DNA of 64,000 bases from Candidatus Omnitrophota bacterium (GCA_040753675.1 JBFMEB010000001.1:32498-96497); one strand, 5' to 3'; shown: positions 28,397 to 39,134, counted from the stretch's first letter. The notes: generated by a model from the letters alone, not told the origin. A program made the numbers and translations.

Positions 28397-28962
28397 TTTT
28401 TTGAAATATATTCAGAAAGATTTGGCTCTTTCAGAACTACCGCGTGTAAGGTGATGCTAATACTAAGATAAGCCAAATTCTCTCTCTGGCTAGCTTGTGG
28501 GGAGATCTGCAAACTTGTAATATCAATAAATCCCTCGTAACCCTCAGCTAGACTTAAAAATTGCCCGAGACTCAAGTAGTCGCCTTTTGCCATTAAGGTT
28601 ATTGGAGTGTAATTAAAAAATTGACCGCTTGTATCAGTCAAGAGCGGACGCAAAGATATTAAATCCAAGCCCGAACTTTTTGCCCATTCGTTAATCAAAT
28701 TTAGTAACCCAGCGGAATCTTTTTCAAAAAATATTTCTTTTTTATAGAGTTGAATGTCCTTTACTAAAGTATCGATATCGGAAAAAAGCGTATCTTTGCT
28801 CTTTTGGCTACTGATCTTCTCATGTAACAATTGGAGGGTGTTTCTATTCTTAGTGTTGATTTTAAACGCAACTAACAAAGCAACAACAGCCATAATAATA
28901 ACTACTACATTATCGGTTTTTTTAAAAATTTCTTCTGCTTTTATTTCATTTAAATTAATCAT
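28393..28962 (-). CDS. pilO: PilO-like pilus assembly protein
   Basis: Single N-terminal TM helix, coiled coil, C-terminal domain; position downstream of pilMN. Confidence 0.5.
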   Translation of the reverse strand: MINLNEIKAEEIFKKTDNVVVIIMAVVALLVAFKINTKNRNTLQLLHEKISSQKSKDTLFSDIDTLVKDIQLYKKEIFFEKDSAGLLNLINEWAKSSGLDLISLRPLLTDTSGQFFNYTPITLMAKGDYLSLGQFLSLAEGYEGFIDITSLQISPQASQRENLAYLSISITLHAVVLKEPNLSEYISKK

Positions 28963-28971
28963 AAGATAAAT

Positions 28972-30537
28972 TTATCGACATTGAATCTGAAATTGCCTAA
29001 CCACAAAATCATCGACCGAAGATTGACTCACGGAACTAAGGACAATCTCTTTAAAACCCTCTTTAAAGAGAGTATCTGAACGCAAATTATTTAGCAGTTG
29101 ATTAATCGCTGGTAACTCATCCTGGGACATCTCTAAATAAGCGAAACCTTCTAAATTTATTTCTAATGAATTTAAATCTTTCCTAAAGTTAAGACGCTCT
29201 AACCAAACACCTTCTGGCAGTAGTTTGCTTAAACGTTCTATTTTTTCTGTTAAGTAGACTTTCTGGCTAATCGTAGATTTAATTTGACTAAGTTCTCCTT
29301 TTAAAGATTCCTTTATCTTTTGCAAATCATTTAGTTCTAAGTTGGCACCTTTAAGGGCAAAAATACTTTTCCCTTTTAGTGTGACAAGATCAGAAACCTG
29401 TTTTTCAACTCTCTTTACTTTTATGTTACCCCAAAACCATATTAAAAAAACCATGCTTGTTAAGACTGCTACGGAGATAGCGTATTTCTTAAATGTTGTC
29501 TTCGAAATAAAAGTTTTTGATATTGCTTCAAATTGTGGCTGTGCCTTCTTAATTTGCGGCTCTTTTCTAAGAAGATTCAAATCAATAGGAAACCTTACTA
29601 TTTGTCTTAGCGAGGCGCCCGCTGCTTTAAGCAAATCACAATGTGCTCCTTCAATATTCAAGAGCTTGCCTGCCTCAAATGAGGCACATTTTATACCCAA
29701 TTCCTGCGTTATCATTTCTGCCCAAGAAATAACTTGGTTAGAGTCTGAAAAAAGATAAATATTTAAGATATTATTCTCTCGCCTATTCTGTCTATGTCTA
29801 AAATAATCAATCGAAATTCTAATTTCATTTACTAATTTAGATAGTACAGCCTGAGTTTCCTCTGAGCCGCCTATTGGCATAGATGAAGTCAGGCTTATAT
29901 CCCTAATAAAACAAGGCAAACCAGAATCTAAGATTATAATATCGCCGTTAGACAAATTAGAGTCTATATCTACAATTAAGGCACCTCTCTTTCCTTCTCG
30001 ATTTAACTTGGTCTTTATATAAGCTAAACGTAAAAAACTCAAAGATGATGGCTCAAGCGACAAAATATTAAAACCCACCTGGTTAAATACTTTAATATAC
30101 TTATCAATGATCTTCTTTTTAATTGCCGCAAAAATTATTTCTAAAGATTTAGCATCCTTTCTTTGGCTAATAAATTTAAATATTAATTCCTCAATTCTAA
30201 AAGGAATGTATTTTCTGGCTTCAAAATTTACTGTAGAATCCATGTCCTTTTTTGAAACAACCGGTATGTTAAAAAACCTTACCAACACGTCAAAAGCAGG
30301 CAAGGCAATATGTGCATCACGAGAACTAAAATCATTTTCTCTTATTGCCTTTTGTATTACTGCGGCGAATTTAATATCATCTTCAGATATCTCATCTAAA
30401 CTAGCCCCAAAAGAGGAAAGACTCTGTCTGCAATGCCTTCTAATTTCTTTGCCGGCAAATTCAACAATGCTTAATGCATCCTGGCCTAAATAAATTCCCA
30501 ATTGCGTCTTTTTAAGACTTTTTATTAATCTTTGCAT
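28972..30537 (-). CDS. pilM: PilM-PilN fusion protein (actin-like ATPase domain + TM + PilN-like periplasmic domain); start set at MQRLIKS
   Basis: N-terminal PilM-like region (LGIYLGQDALSIVEF...), TM helix AISVAVLTSMVFLIWFWG at about residue 375, coiled-coil C-terminus. Confidence 0.65.
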   Translation of the reverse strand: MQRLIKSLKKTQLGIYLGQDALSIVEFAGKEIRRHCRQSLSSFGASLDEISEDDIKFAAVIQKAIRENDFSSRDAHIALPAFDVLVRFFNIPVVSKKDMDSTVNFEARKYIPFRIEELIFKFISQRKDAKSLEIIFAAIKKKIIDKYIKVFNQVGFNILSLEPSSLSFLRLAYIKTKLNREGKRGALIVDIDSNLSNGDIIILDSGLPCFIRDISLTSSMPIGGSEETQAVLSKLVNEIRISIDYFRHRQNRRENNILNIYLFSDSNQVISWAEMITQELGIKCASFEAGKLLNIEGAHCDLLKAAGASLRQIVRFPIDLNLLRKEPQIKKAQPQFEAISKTFISKTTFKKYAISVAVLTSMVFLIWFWGNIKVKRVEKQVSDLVTLKGKSIFALKGANLELNDLQKIKESLKGELSQIKSTISQKVYLTEKIERLSKLLPEGVWLERLNFRKDLNSLEINLEGFAYLEMSQDELPAINQLLNNLRSDTLFKEGFKEIVLSSVSQSSVDDFVVRQFQIQCR

Positions 30538-30542
30538 AACTA

Positions 30543-30640
30543 ATTCACGAATTCTCACGAATTGCACACAAATTCTCACGAATAAATTCCGATGATAAAT
30601 TCGTGTTTATTTGTGTGTAATTAGTGTCCGTTCGTGTTCC
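30543..30640. promoter_or_regulatory. Operator-like repeat cluster: 3 direct CACGAAT repeats plus inverted ATTCGTG, inside a 19-bp imperfect palindrome cacacaaaTTCTCACGAAT / ATTCGTGtttatttgtgtg
   Basis: CACGAAT at 30546, 30556 and 30577; ATTCGTG at 30599; a further TTCGTG at 30631. Located between the HTH gene and the pilM start. Confidence 0.5.
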
Positions 30641-30671
30641 ATTGGTTTTGAAATTATCAATAACATAATCC

Positions 30672-30854
30672 TCACTCAATTCTTTGCTCATGCTCCCGAA
30701 GCCATTTATCCACACTCTTCTTGTCGAATCTCCACACACCGCCAACCTTAATTCCAGAAAATTTCTTCTGATTTAACCAATTGTAAATAGTCTGTTTACC
30801 TAAACGTAAATAGTCAGCTAATTCTTGGATATCCATTAATCTTGACATAAGCAA
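30672..30854 (-). CDS. Excisionase-family / MerR-like helix-turn-helix DNA-binding protein (60 aa)
   Basis: MDIQELADYLRLGKQTIYNWLNQKKFSGIKVGGVWRF matches the AlpA/Xis-type HTH_17 pattern. Confidence 0.65.
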   Translation of the reverse strand: MLMSRLMDIQELADYLRLGKQTIYNWLNQKKFSGIKVGGVWRFDKKSVDKWLREHEQRIE

Positions 30855-31079
30855 CCCTTTAGTTATTGAGTTAAATTTTGTTAAAGTCTATTTTACCTTA
30901 AGTATAACAGAATTCATTTAAACATAATAATATTACTTTGTCAATAAAATTTTAATAAATTTTTATTTAGATTTACTTAAACTTACTTATAAATTTTCTT
31001 AACATATTGTAAATTAAATAGTTATAAAAACTAATAATTAATATTTGAATCTTAATTTAATTGAATAATAATGGTTGGA
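30855..31079. promoter_or_regulatory. 225-bp extremely AT-rich intergenic region (probable promoter / curved DNA) upstream of the HTH-pil operon
   Basis: More than 80% A+T with A/T tracts; no ORF. Confidence 0.4.
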
Positions 31080-31403
31080 TTAAAAAGAGAGGTCAGTTGT
31101 TACGTCTAATTGTCCTGAGAAGGAATCGTGAGTTATGGTCACATCTTGTCCGTTTATAGTTAAATTTGGAGTTATTGGAGCTGCTGGATTATTAAAAAGT
31201 TCATCATTTGCCTGAACAATAGCAGCTTGGCTGGAATAAAATCCTATAATTCGCCTGACTTGTCTTTCAATTAGCCTTGCTTGGTTTGTCATTAAAAAAA
31301 TACTGGTAACGGCAACCATAGAAACTACTATTATAAAAATTAAAACCGTGACCATTGCTACTGCTTTTGTTGTGTAAAAGTTTCTAAAAAATAAATTTTT
31401 CAT
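31080..31403 (-). CDS. PilX N-terminal-domain-like small membrane-anchored protein
   Basis: AVAMVTVLIFIIVVSMVAVTSIFLMTNQARL resembles the PilX_N hydrophobic segment; 107 aa. Confidence 0.4.
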   Translation of the reverse strand: MKNLFFRNFYTTKAVAMVTVLIFIIVVSMVAVTSIFLMTNQARLIERQVRRIIGFYSSQAAIVQANDELFNNPAAPITPNLTINGQDVTITHDSFSGQLDVTTDLSF

Positions 31404-31409
31404 AAATGC

Positions 31410-31625
31410 CTAATTCTCGACCTTACGCAAGGTTATACAATACCCTTGACCTTCATCGGCTAAAATTACGTGCCCTTCCCTCGCTAACCAACCGATACTC
31501 ATTAGTAATAAATCACGAGGTTTGTCAATATTAGAAAATAGATCATTTAGCTTAGTTTTACCGTGGCTGTCAAGATAATGCCAAATATCCCCTGCTGCTA
31601 TACCGATTTCAGTAATCATGTGCAC
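31410..31625 (-). CDS. Small winged-helix protein (DUF2582-like), 71 aa
   Basis: IGIAAGDIWHYLDSHGKTKLNDLF...GWLAREGHVIL pattern. Confidence 0.4.
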   Translation of the reverse strand: MHMITEIGIAAGDIWHYLDSHGKTKLNDLFSNIDKPRDLLLMSIGWLAREGHVILADEGQGYCITLRKVEN

Positions 31626-31680
31626 CTCCTGCTACTTTAATTATATAACATTTACATCTTTTTTCCAAATTAATTTTAAT

Positions 31681-31926
31681 TTAAATACTTATCGACTCTT
31701 CTCTTTTATTAAGACTTCCACAGCGTGGACACTCGGACATAAATACATCAGCCTCAAATATAAAATAGGAGTAAGTGCAAACATTACAATGCCAGATTTC
31801 CTTCTCAATAGCAAGTTTTCTAAAAGCAGGTCTACTTTGAAATGGCCTAATCCACGCTAAGAATATCAATAAAAGCGGTAAAGATACAAACAAAAAAACT
31901 GACCAAATAAAATCAATTGCTATCAT
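31681..31926 (-). CDS. Small membrane protein with C-terminal CxxC...CxxC zinc ribbon
   Basis: TM helix then WHCNVCTY...ECPRCGS. Confidence 0.4.
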   Translation of the reverse strand: MIAIDFIWSVFLFVSLPLLLIFLAWIRPFQSRPAFRKLAIEKEIWHCNVCTYSYFIFEADVFMSECPRCGSLNKREESISI

Positions 31927-32593
31927 TTTTAAAATCTATTTCTATTTTCTGATTGTGCCTTTTTCCTACTCTTGAAGTATCAAAAACCAGTCTGCGAATA
32001 GCTCTTTGCACAAACAAGTCTACCTCAAAATTTCCCGAAGTAATTTCTTTATCCAAAAATTCAACCCTGCCTCTTTCGGAAATATCCAGATTAAATCTAG
32101 TCGAACAAGGAAGCCCCTCTTTAAATTGCAAAAATTTAGGCCTTAATTGATTCTCATCAAAAAAATTAGAATCTTTTTTATCTACAATTGTTTTCTCTTC
32201 AAATTTAGATAAAAACTCTAAAAGCGGCAAATTGTCTTCTTTTCTTATGACTTCTTGACTAAAAACGTAATGTCTTGGCTTGTCTAAAAAAAAATCTATT
32301 TTTCTCTGCGTCGGCAGTTCTTTAGAAAGAATAACTTCTTTAGCTGCTCTTAAAAAACCTTCGTTTTTCGCACTTAGCCTATCCTTAATTAGAGAGGAAT
32401 CAATATCATATCTATTTAAGAAAGAGCCGAGAAAGGTAATATCTCGAGACTTTAGACTATTTTTGCCATTCGGAAAAGTTATATATAATATACTAAATAA
32501 CGAAATGTGCCAAAAAAATGACAAAAGATAAAACAAAACTAAAGGGTTTCTGCCTTTAGTAAATTCATTCAATGTCTTGATTAGTTGCAACAT
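31913..32593 (-). CDS. TonB-family C-terminal domain protein (TonB/TolA-like energy transducer), tentative
   Basis: N-terminal TM anchor; C-terminal RGRVEFLDKEITSGNFEVDLFVQRAIRRLVFD resembles the TonB_C fold; lies immediately after exbB-exbD. Confidence 0.4.
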   Translation of the reverse strand: MLQLIKTLNEFTKGRNPLVLFYLLSFFWHISLFSILYITFPNGKNSLKSRDITFLGSFLNRYDIDSSLIKDRLSAKNEGFLRAAKEVILSKELPTQRKIDFFLDKPRHYVFSQEVIRKEDNLPLLEFLSKFEEKTIVDKKDSNFFDENQLRPKFLQFKEGLPCSTRFNLDISERGRVEFLDKEITSGNFEVDLFVQRAIRRLVFDTSRVGKRHNQKIEIDFKNDSN

Positions 32594-32972
32594 TTATCCT
32601 CTCTAAACCAAGTTCTCTACAAATATCCCAGATCTCTACTACTCGTCCTAAATAAGCCTTTTTATCAGACTTAATTAGTACTGAACCGGAAACGGCCTTA
32701 ACCTCTTTTAACTTCTCTTTTAATTCTCCTAAGGTCACCACCTTGCCTGATAGATATAATACATTTTCCGCACTTATTGAAATTATTATATTTTTATCGC
32801 CAACCACTTCGCTAGTAACTGCCTTAGGTAAATTTATGCGTATTCCCGGTTGTAATACAAAACTCGAAGTCAGCATAAAAAATATAAGCAATTGGAAAAC
32901 AATATCAATCATAGGAGCTATATCAAATTGGCCTAAACCATGCTCTATCTGCATATGTTTTCTAAATTTCAT
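32565..32972 (-). CDS. exbD: Biopolymer transport protein ExbD/TolR
   Basis: Single TM with FDIAPMIDIVFQLLIFFM and periplasmic domain. Confidence 0.8.
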   Translation of the reverse strand: MKFRKHMQIEHGLGQFDIAPMIDIVFQLLIFFMLTSSFVLQPGIRINLPKAVTSEVVGDKNIIISISAENVLYLSGKVVTLGELKEKLKEVKAVSGSVLIKSDKKAYLGRVVEIWDICRELGLERINVATNQDIE

Positions 32973-33679
32973 GGCCTAAATTCCTTCTTTACTTCTTCTC
33001 TTTCGGTTAGGAAGTTTAATAATTCAGTAGCCGAACGCTCCATATCCAAAATAAAATTATTAATACGGTTAACCAGATAGTTATAAGCAACATATGCTGG
33101 TATAGCAATAACCAAGCCGGCAACCGTAGTAATTAATGCCTCCCAAATTCCTCCTGCCAAGTCTCCTGGGCTAACCGGTTGAAAACCCACAGACTTAACC
33201 TGGATTACCTGGAAACATCTTACCAGGCCAGTTACTGTACCTAAAAGCCCTAAGAGTGGGCAAATATGGGCTAAAGAAGCTAACAGGCTTAAATTCTTCT
33301 CCAGTCGGGGAACCTCGTATAAAGCAGTATCCTCCATTGCTTCCCTTATTTCTTCCCGGGAACGCTCTGATTTTAAAATACCTGCCTTTAAAATAAGTCC
33401 GATGGGATGAGGAGAATTATCGCAAGCGGCAATTGCCTCTTTAATCTTTTGTTTTTTTAAAGTATCAACTATTGTTTCTAAAAATTTAGTGGCGTCCATC
33501 CTCATTTGATACAAAAACCAGAACCTTTCCAGAATAATTGCCAGGGCAAAAATTGAACAGATAATTATAGGAATCATTACCGGCCCGCCCTTGTTAATAA
33601 TATCTACTTTTAGATAAAGAAAAAAGCCTACCAGGATACTTAACAATACCAGTCCAATTTTTTGTAATATTTCTGCCAT
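32969..33679 (-). CDS. exbB: MotA/TolQ/ExbB proton-channel family protein
   Basis: Three TM helices and conserved LGLLGTVTGLVRCF motif. Confidence 0.8.
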   Translation of the reverse strand: MAEILQKIGLVLLSILVGFFLYLKVDIINKGGPVMIPIIICSIFALAIILERFWFLYQMRMDATKFLETIVDTLKKQKIKEAIAACDNSPHPIGLILKAGILKSERSREEIREAMEDTALYEVPRLEKNLSLLASLAHICPLLGLLGTVTGLVRCFQVIQVKSVGFQPVSPGDLAGGIWEALITTVAGLVIAIPAYVAYNYLVNRINNFILDMERSATELLNFLTEREEVKKEFRP

Positions 33680-33697
33680 AAAGACACTCCTTTTTAA

Positions 33698-36184
33698 TTA
33701 TTTTTTGTCTATATGTTTTTCAATCCAATCTAAGCGGTCAGAGGCATATTTAGCCTCTTGGAAATTGCTATTTTTTAGCTTTTGATAAATTTTTTTTGCT
33801 TCTTCCCACTCATTCTCTGCTTCGCAAATTCTGGCTGATCGCAAAAGTGCACGTTTGGATATCTCGCTATTACCAAACCCCGGCAAATAACTTATCTTAA
33901 GGTAGTATTCCAAGGCTACTTTTAGCTTTCCGCGCTCCTCCTCAAGTTCAGCAATCTTAAATAGGATATCTAAATTTGGCTTCTCAGAAGACAATTGAAG
34001 CACCTCTTTATACGCCGCTAAGGCCTGGGGATAATTTTGTGTTGATTTAAGAAGGTCTGCTTTCCTACTTAAGGTCAATGCCTTATATGAAGCATATTTT
34101 GAATCGCTTAAGAGGTTTTCAAAAATACCTAAGGCTAAATTATACTCTTTACGGGCAATATAGATATCTGCCATAGACAAAAGCGCATCAAAACTTAAGT
34201 CTATATTCTTTGAGCCAGTTACCTGCGAAAAAGCTGCTAAGGCAGCTTTTAGCCTATCAGATTTTAAGTAACTAATCGCAATATTATACTGTGCCGAATC
34301 AAAAAGCTCATGAACCGGATACTCGTTTAAAACCTTTCGAAAATATCTTCGAGCAACTTCAAAATTATCTTTCCTCATATAATATTCGCCTAACCAATAG
34401 ATTATATCCGCACAGGTATTTGATTGAGGATGCTTTCTCAAAAAGGCATTGAAACGCGCCAAGGCATCTTTTTCTTTGCCCAACTGATAAAGGCAATTTG
34501 CTATCTCATATTCTGCTGCCTGGCTTAAACTTTCATCTTTTTTAATATTTTCTTTGAATATTCTTTCGAAAATAGATACTGCCTGCTTATATTGACCTAA
34601 ATTATAGAAAGATGAAGCTAAAAGATAAAGCGCATCCGCCTTTAAACTGCTATCCTTATTTTCAACTAAAAAAATGTTAAGTTGGTCTATGCTGCCTTGA
34701 TAATTAGCCTGCTGAAAATAAATAAGGCCTAAATAATAATTAGCCCTATCTTTTAGTTTTGTTTTAGGAAAGTTATCAAGAAAGGCTCTAAAGCCGAATA
34801 TCGCCGCATCAAGGCTTCCTGACTTATAAAGAGTGGCGGCAATCTGAAACTGGACGTAATCGCTATAAAGCGAATTAGGGTAATCGGTCAAAATCTTATC
34901 ATAAATCTGTCTTGCTTTATCATATTCCTTAGCCTCCTGATAAGTATCTGCCATTTGGCATAAGGCGCTTATTTTAACGATATCGTCATTGGAGAATTTA
35001 GCAATTTTTTCAAATTCATTAAGTGCACTTTGAAACTGGCCCGATTTCAAAAGTGACCAGGCAAGTCCATAATTAACTTTGCTCTCGATATCTTTATAGT
35101 TAGGAAGGCGAGAAAATTTCTCAATTATCATCTTATACTCATTTACCGACTCCTCAAAAGAATTGCGATTATACAGGGCTTCTGCTTTACCTAAGAATGC
35201 TTCCAATAAATAAGAACTACCAGGAAATTTTTCAATCAACCTAGCATAAGCGGTTATTGCACCGTCAAAATCATTTTCTATAGATTTTATCGCGGCTCTG
35301 CCTAAAAGGGCATAATCATTTTCATCTGCCTCTATGAATATCTTTTTAGCTTCTTCAATTTTATTCTGCTTTAGATAACACCAACCTATGCCGGCGATAG
35401 CCAAATTCTTTAGTTCTTTTTTATCAGAATCATCTAAAATTTTATCTAAAGCCATTTGATATAGTTTAAGAGCATTGTTGTAATTATTAGTATAAAATGA
35501 AATCTCGGCTAAAAAGAAATAACTTTGAGAAAGCCGGGAATTTTTAGGAAAATCATTATTAAAGTTCTTAAAGGCTTCTTGCGCCTTTTCATATTCTAAT
35601 GCCCGATAAAGACTTTCCGCTGACTTAAAACTGGCGGCCTCTAGTAGAGAATGTTTAGGAAACTCGATTCTTATTTTATTAAAAGAGTCTGCTGCCTCGG
35701 AAAATTTTTCCAGTTCGAATAAACATATCCCTTTCGAATAATAAGCAAAAGCCAAAAATTCCGACTTGGGATATTCATTAATAACCTTCTGATAAAAAAG
35801 AGATGCCTTGGTATAGTCTTTGCCCTTTAAGTGGACTTCAGCAATCCAATAAATAATTGCATCTTGAAAATTAGAAGTGGCGGGATTAGCGAGCAAGGCC
35901 TGCAATTGAGAAAGCGTATCGGCAAACTTGCCTTTAAAAAAAAGACACCTGGCAACAAAAAACTGAGCCTGGGCCAGGTAAGAGCTACTTGGATAACGTT
36001 TAATAAAACTTTGAAAACTGTCCAAGGATAAATCATAGAAACCATCCTCAAATGCCTTGGCTGCAACATAAAAATCCTCTCCCTCATTCGTTTCTATGCT
36101 AAAGGTTAGCTCAGTAAGGAAGCTAAAAATAAAAATTAGACACAACCCGGAAATAATTACTGTCTCTAGATATTTTTTCCTCAT
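33698..36184 (-). CDS. Large secreted/lipoprotein-like tetratricopeptide-repeat protein (828 aa)
   Basis: N-terminal signal/anchor then TPR units throughout (e.g. AYYSKGICLFELEKFSEAADSFNKI). Confidence 0.7.
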   Translation of the reverse strand: MRKKYLETVIISGLCLIFIFSFLTELTFSIETNEGEDFYVAAKAFEDGFYDLSLDSFQSFIKRYPSSSYLAQAQFFVARCLFFKGKFADTLSQLQALLANPATSNFQDAIIYWIAEVHLKGKDYTKASLFYQKVINEYPKSEFLAFAYYSKGICLFELEKFSEAADSFNKIRIEFPKHSLLEAASFKSAESLYRALEYEKAQEAFKNFNNDFPKNSRLSQSYFFLAEISFYTNNYNNALKLYQMALDKILDDSDKKELKNLAIAGIGWCYLKQNKIEEAKKIFIEADENDYALLGRAAIKSIENDFDGAITAYARLIEKFPGSSYLLEAFLGKAEALYNRNSFEESVNEYKMIIEKFSRLPNYKDIESKVNYGLAWSLLKSGQFQSALNEFEKIAKFSNDDIVKISALCQMADTYQEAKEYDKARQIYDKILTDYPNSLYSDYVQFQIAATLYKSGSLDAAIFGFRAFLDNFPKTKLKDRANYYLGLIYFQQANYQGSIDQLNIFLVENKDSSLKADALYLLASSFYNLGQYKQAVSIFERIFKENIKKDESLSQAAEYEIANCLYQLGKEKDALARFNAFLRKHPQSNTCADIIYWLGEYYMRKDNFEVARRYFRKVLNEYPVHELFDSAQYNIAISYLKSDRLKAALAAFSQVTGSKNIDLSFDALLSMADIYIARKEYNLALGIFENLLSDSKYASYKALTLSRKADLLKSTQNYPQALAAYKEVLQLSSEKPNLDILFKIAELEEERGKLKVALEYYLKISYLPGFGNSEISKRALLRSARICEAENEWEEAKKIYQKLKNSNFQEAKYASDRLDWIEKHIDKK

Positions 36185-36261
36185 ATAAAATTACTATAAC
36201 AAAAATTTACTGCCGACTCAATACCTTTTTTAAACGCAAAGGTATAATGATATTTTAAAAT

Positions 36262-39060
36262 TTAATGCTGCAATGTTTTCTTAAGGTAAGAACCGGTGAA
36301 GGATTTAGGGTTGTCTGCTATCTCTTCAGGTGTGCCAACTGCTACTACCTCTCCTCCTGCCTCACCGCCTTCTGGCCCTAAATCAATGATGTAGTCAGCT
36401 GATTTTAAAACGTCTAAATTATGCTCGATAACCAATACAGTGTTACCCGCTTCGACTAATCTATGCAGCACTCTCAATAGCTTATCAACATCGGCAAAAT
36501 GAAGTCCAGTAGTTGGTTCGTCCAAAAGATAGAGCGTTTTTCCCGTAGAATGCCTGCTCAACTGTTCGGCCAATTTAATTCGCTGGGCTTCACCGCCGGA
36601 CAATGTGGTAGCAAATTGCCCCAATTGAATATAACCCAATCCCACATCATTAAGAGTGCCTAATATGCGATTTATCTTAGGAATATTTTGAAAAAGTTCC
36701 AAACCTTCAGTTACGGACATATTAAGACAATCGCTGATTGAATTGCCTTTAAACTTCAATTCGAGGGTCTGCTGGTTAAATCTGCTGCCTTTACAGACTT
36801 CACAGGGCACATAAATATCAGGCAAAAAATGCATCTCAATTTTCCTAATACCGTCTCCCAAGCATGCCTCGCATCTACCACCTTTAACATTAAAACTAAA
36901 TCTGCCTGGTTTATAGCCACGACTACGCGAAAGCGGCAATCTCGCAAAGGTGTCTCTTATGGGAGAAAATGCGCCGGTATAGGTCGCAGGATTTGAGCGC
37001 GGAGTCCTGCCTATAGGAGACTGATCTACGATGATAACTTTATCTAGCAATTCTATCCCTTTTAATTTCAAATATTTTCCTGGCTTTTCTTTTGCCTTAT
37101 AAAAATATTGCGCCAAGGCACAGTACAAAATGTCATAAATTAAGGTGGATTTACCAGAGCCAGAAACACCACTCACACAAACAAAAAGACCTAATGGTAT
37201 ATCTACGTTTATATTTTTTAGGTTATGCTCGCTAGCCCCTTCTATTCTTAAAACTTTCGCAAGGTTAACTGACCTTCGCTTTTGGGGTGGCTTAATTTTA
37301 AGTTCGCCAGTTAGAAACTTGCCGGTAAGCGATTTATCGCATTTAAGTAGGCTTGCTAAATCTCCGCAATAGACTAAATAGCCTCCCTCCTTGCCAGCTC
37401 CAGGGCCTAAATCTACAATATAATCTCCAGCACGAATAGTGGCCTCATCGTGCTCAACTACGATAACTGTGTTACCTAAATCCCGCAGAGACAAAAGACT
37501 CTTAATTAATTTGCGATTATCTTTTTGATGCAAACCTATACTGGGCTCATCTAAAATATAGATGACTCCCACAAGTCCGGAGCCGATTTGCGTTGCCAAG
37601 CGGATCCTCTGTGCTTCGCCGCCAGAAAGGGTCGAACTCTTACGGTCCAAGGTCAAATAATCAAGGCCCACATCAATGCAAAATTTGAGTTTTTCATTAA
37701 GTTCTTTTAGTATTTCGCAAGCAATTAATCGCTGCAGGTCAGATAATTTTAGGCTCTCAAAAAATTCTTTAGCATCTTTTATAGAAAGCCGAATAATATC
37801 CCAGATAGAAAAACCTGAAATTTTTATGGAAAGACTCTCTTTTCTTAAACGTGCCCCCAAGCAAACCGGGCAAGGCAGCACGCTCATAAATTTTGCGATT
37901 TCTTCTTTTAAAAAGTCGCTTTTTGTCTGTCTGAATAGCCTTTCTAAATGCGGGATTATGCCTTCAAAAGGCTTACCCCAGATATAATCATCTGAGCCGT
38001 TTAATATGGTTTTACGAATATTAATTGGCAATTTATTAAAAGGTGTATCGATACCGAAATTTAAAGTTGCTGCCAATTCTCGCAACAACGCTCGGTAATA
38101 CATAAGATAACCTTTGCCGCCTTTTTTCCATGGTGCAACTGCCCCTTCTCTTATAGACTTGTTTTTATCGGGTATTATTAAATCAGGGTCAAATTCCAAT
38201 TTTGTCCCCAACCCATTACAAGCTGGGCATGCGCCATAAGGAGAATTAAAAGAAAAAATTCTTGGTTCAATCTCAGGCAGGCTACTACCGCAATGACTGC
38301 AAGCAAAATTTTCGCTAAAAACAAAATCTTTTTTATGTTTAGATTCTTTTGAAATCAGCACATTTCCCTTGCCTAATTTTAGAGCCATTTCAACTGAATC
38401 TGCCAAGCGCGGCTGTGATTGTTTGTCGACTGATAATCTATCAACAAAAATCTCGATTGTATGCAACTTATATCTTTCTAAAGAAACATCCTCGTCTAAG
38501 CTTTGTAATTTTCCGTCAATCCTTACCTTTGTAAAACCTTCTATACGGATACTCTCTAACAATCCTTTGTATTGGCCCTTTTTACCCCGTATTATTGGAG
38601 CAAAAATATTTATTATTGCTCCTTGCATCTCCTTAAAAGTATATTCGATAATCTCCTGCGAACTTTGTTGCTTGATTTCTCTGCCGCAGTTGTGACAGTA
38701 TGGCTTACCGATACGTGCAAATAAAAGTCGTAAATAATCGTATATTTCTGTCTGGGTGGCTACGGTAGAGCGGGGATTAGAAGAAGCACTGCGCTGTTCA
38801 ATAGCAATTGTGGCGGAAATACCCTCTATTGATTCAACGTTTGGTTTGCGCAATTGCTCTAAAAATTGGCGGGCATAGGCAGATAAACTCTCGATATAGC
38901 GTCGCTGGCCTTCAGCATAGATAGTATCAAAGGCCAAAGACGACTTGCCTGAGCCTGAAAGACCAGTCACAACAATAAGTTTATTGCGAGGTAATTTGAG
39001 ATCGATGTTTTTTAGATTATGTTCTTTAGCCCCTCGGATAATCAAAAAATTGCTTTGCAT
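36262..39060 (-). CDS. uvrA: Excinuclease ABC subunit A
   Basis: Two ABC ATPase modules ([33 protein letters not shown]) and zinc fingers. Confidence 0.95.
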   Translation of the reverse strand: MQSNFLIIRGAKEHNLKNIDLKLPRNKLIVVTGLSGSGKSSLAFDTIYAEGQRRYIESLSAYARQFLEQLRKPNVESIEGISATIAIEQRSASSNPRSTVATQTEIYDYLRLLFARIGKPYCHNCGREIKQQSSQEIIEYTFKEMQGAIINIFAPIIRGKKGQYKGLLESIRIEGFTKVRIDGKLQSLDEDVSLERYKLHTIEIFVDRLSVDKQSQPRLADSVEMALKLGKGNVLISKESKHKKDFVFSENFACSHCGSSLPEIEPRIFSFNSPYGACPACNGLGTKLEFDPDLIIPDKNKSIREGAVAPWKKGGKGYLMYYRALLRELAATLNFGIDTPFNKLPINIRKTILNGSDDYIWGKPFEGIIPHLERLFRQTKSDFLKEEIAKFMSVLPCPVCLGARLRKESLSIKISGFSIWDIIRLSIKDAKEFFESLKLSDLQRLIACEILKELNEKLKFCIDVGLDYLTLDRKSSTLSGGEAQRIRLATQIGSGLVGVIYILDEPSIGLHQKDNRKLIKSLLSLRDLGNTVIVVEHDEATIRAGDYIVDLGPGAGKEGGYLVYCGDLASLLKCDKSLTGKFLTGELKIKPPQKRRSVNLAKVLRIEGASEHNLKNINVDIPLGLFVCVSGVSGSGKSTLIYDILYCALAQYFYKAKEKPGKYLKLKGIELLDKVIIVDQSPIGRTPRSNPATYTGAFSPIRDTFARLPLSRSRGYKPGRFSFNVKGGRCEACLGDGIRKIEMHFLPDIYVPCEVCKGSRFNQQTLELKFKGNSISDCLNMSVTEGLELFQNIPKINRILGTLNDVGLGYIQLGQFATTLSGGEAQRIKLAEQLSRHSTGKTLYLLDEPTTGLHFADVDKLLRVLHRLVEAGNTVLVIEHNLDVLKSADYIIDLGPEGGEAGGEVVAVGTPEEIADNPKSFTGSYLKKTLQH

Positions 39061-39134
39061 TTTCTATCCTATTTTCTAATTTTTATGAAATTTGAAAATC
39101 TTTGTAGTCTTTGGGATATGCTTATAACAAAATT

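Noticed and set aside
30545-30745. 66-aa ORF overlapping the HTH gene and the CACGAAT repeat region
   Set aside because: Its repeated IRENS/IRENL peptides derive from the DNA repeats and it overlaps the better-supported HTH ORF in another frame; it is interpreted as non-coding operator DNA.
35827-36087. 86-aa minus-strand ORF nested in the TPR gene, and 63-aa ORF 36756-36947 nested in uvrA
   Set aside because: They are alternative frames of strongly supported genes with no independent evidence.
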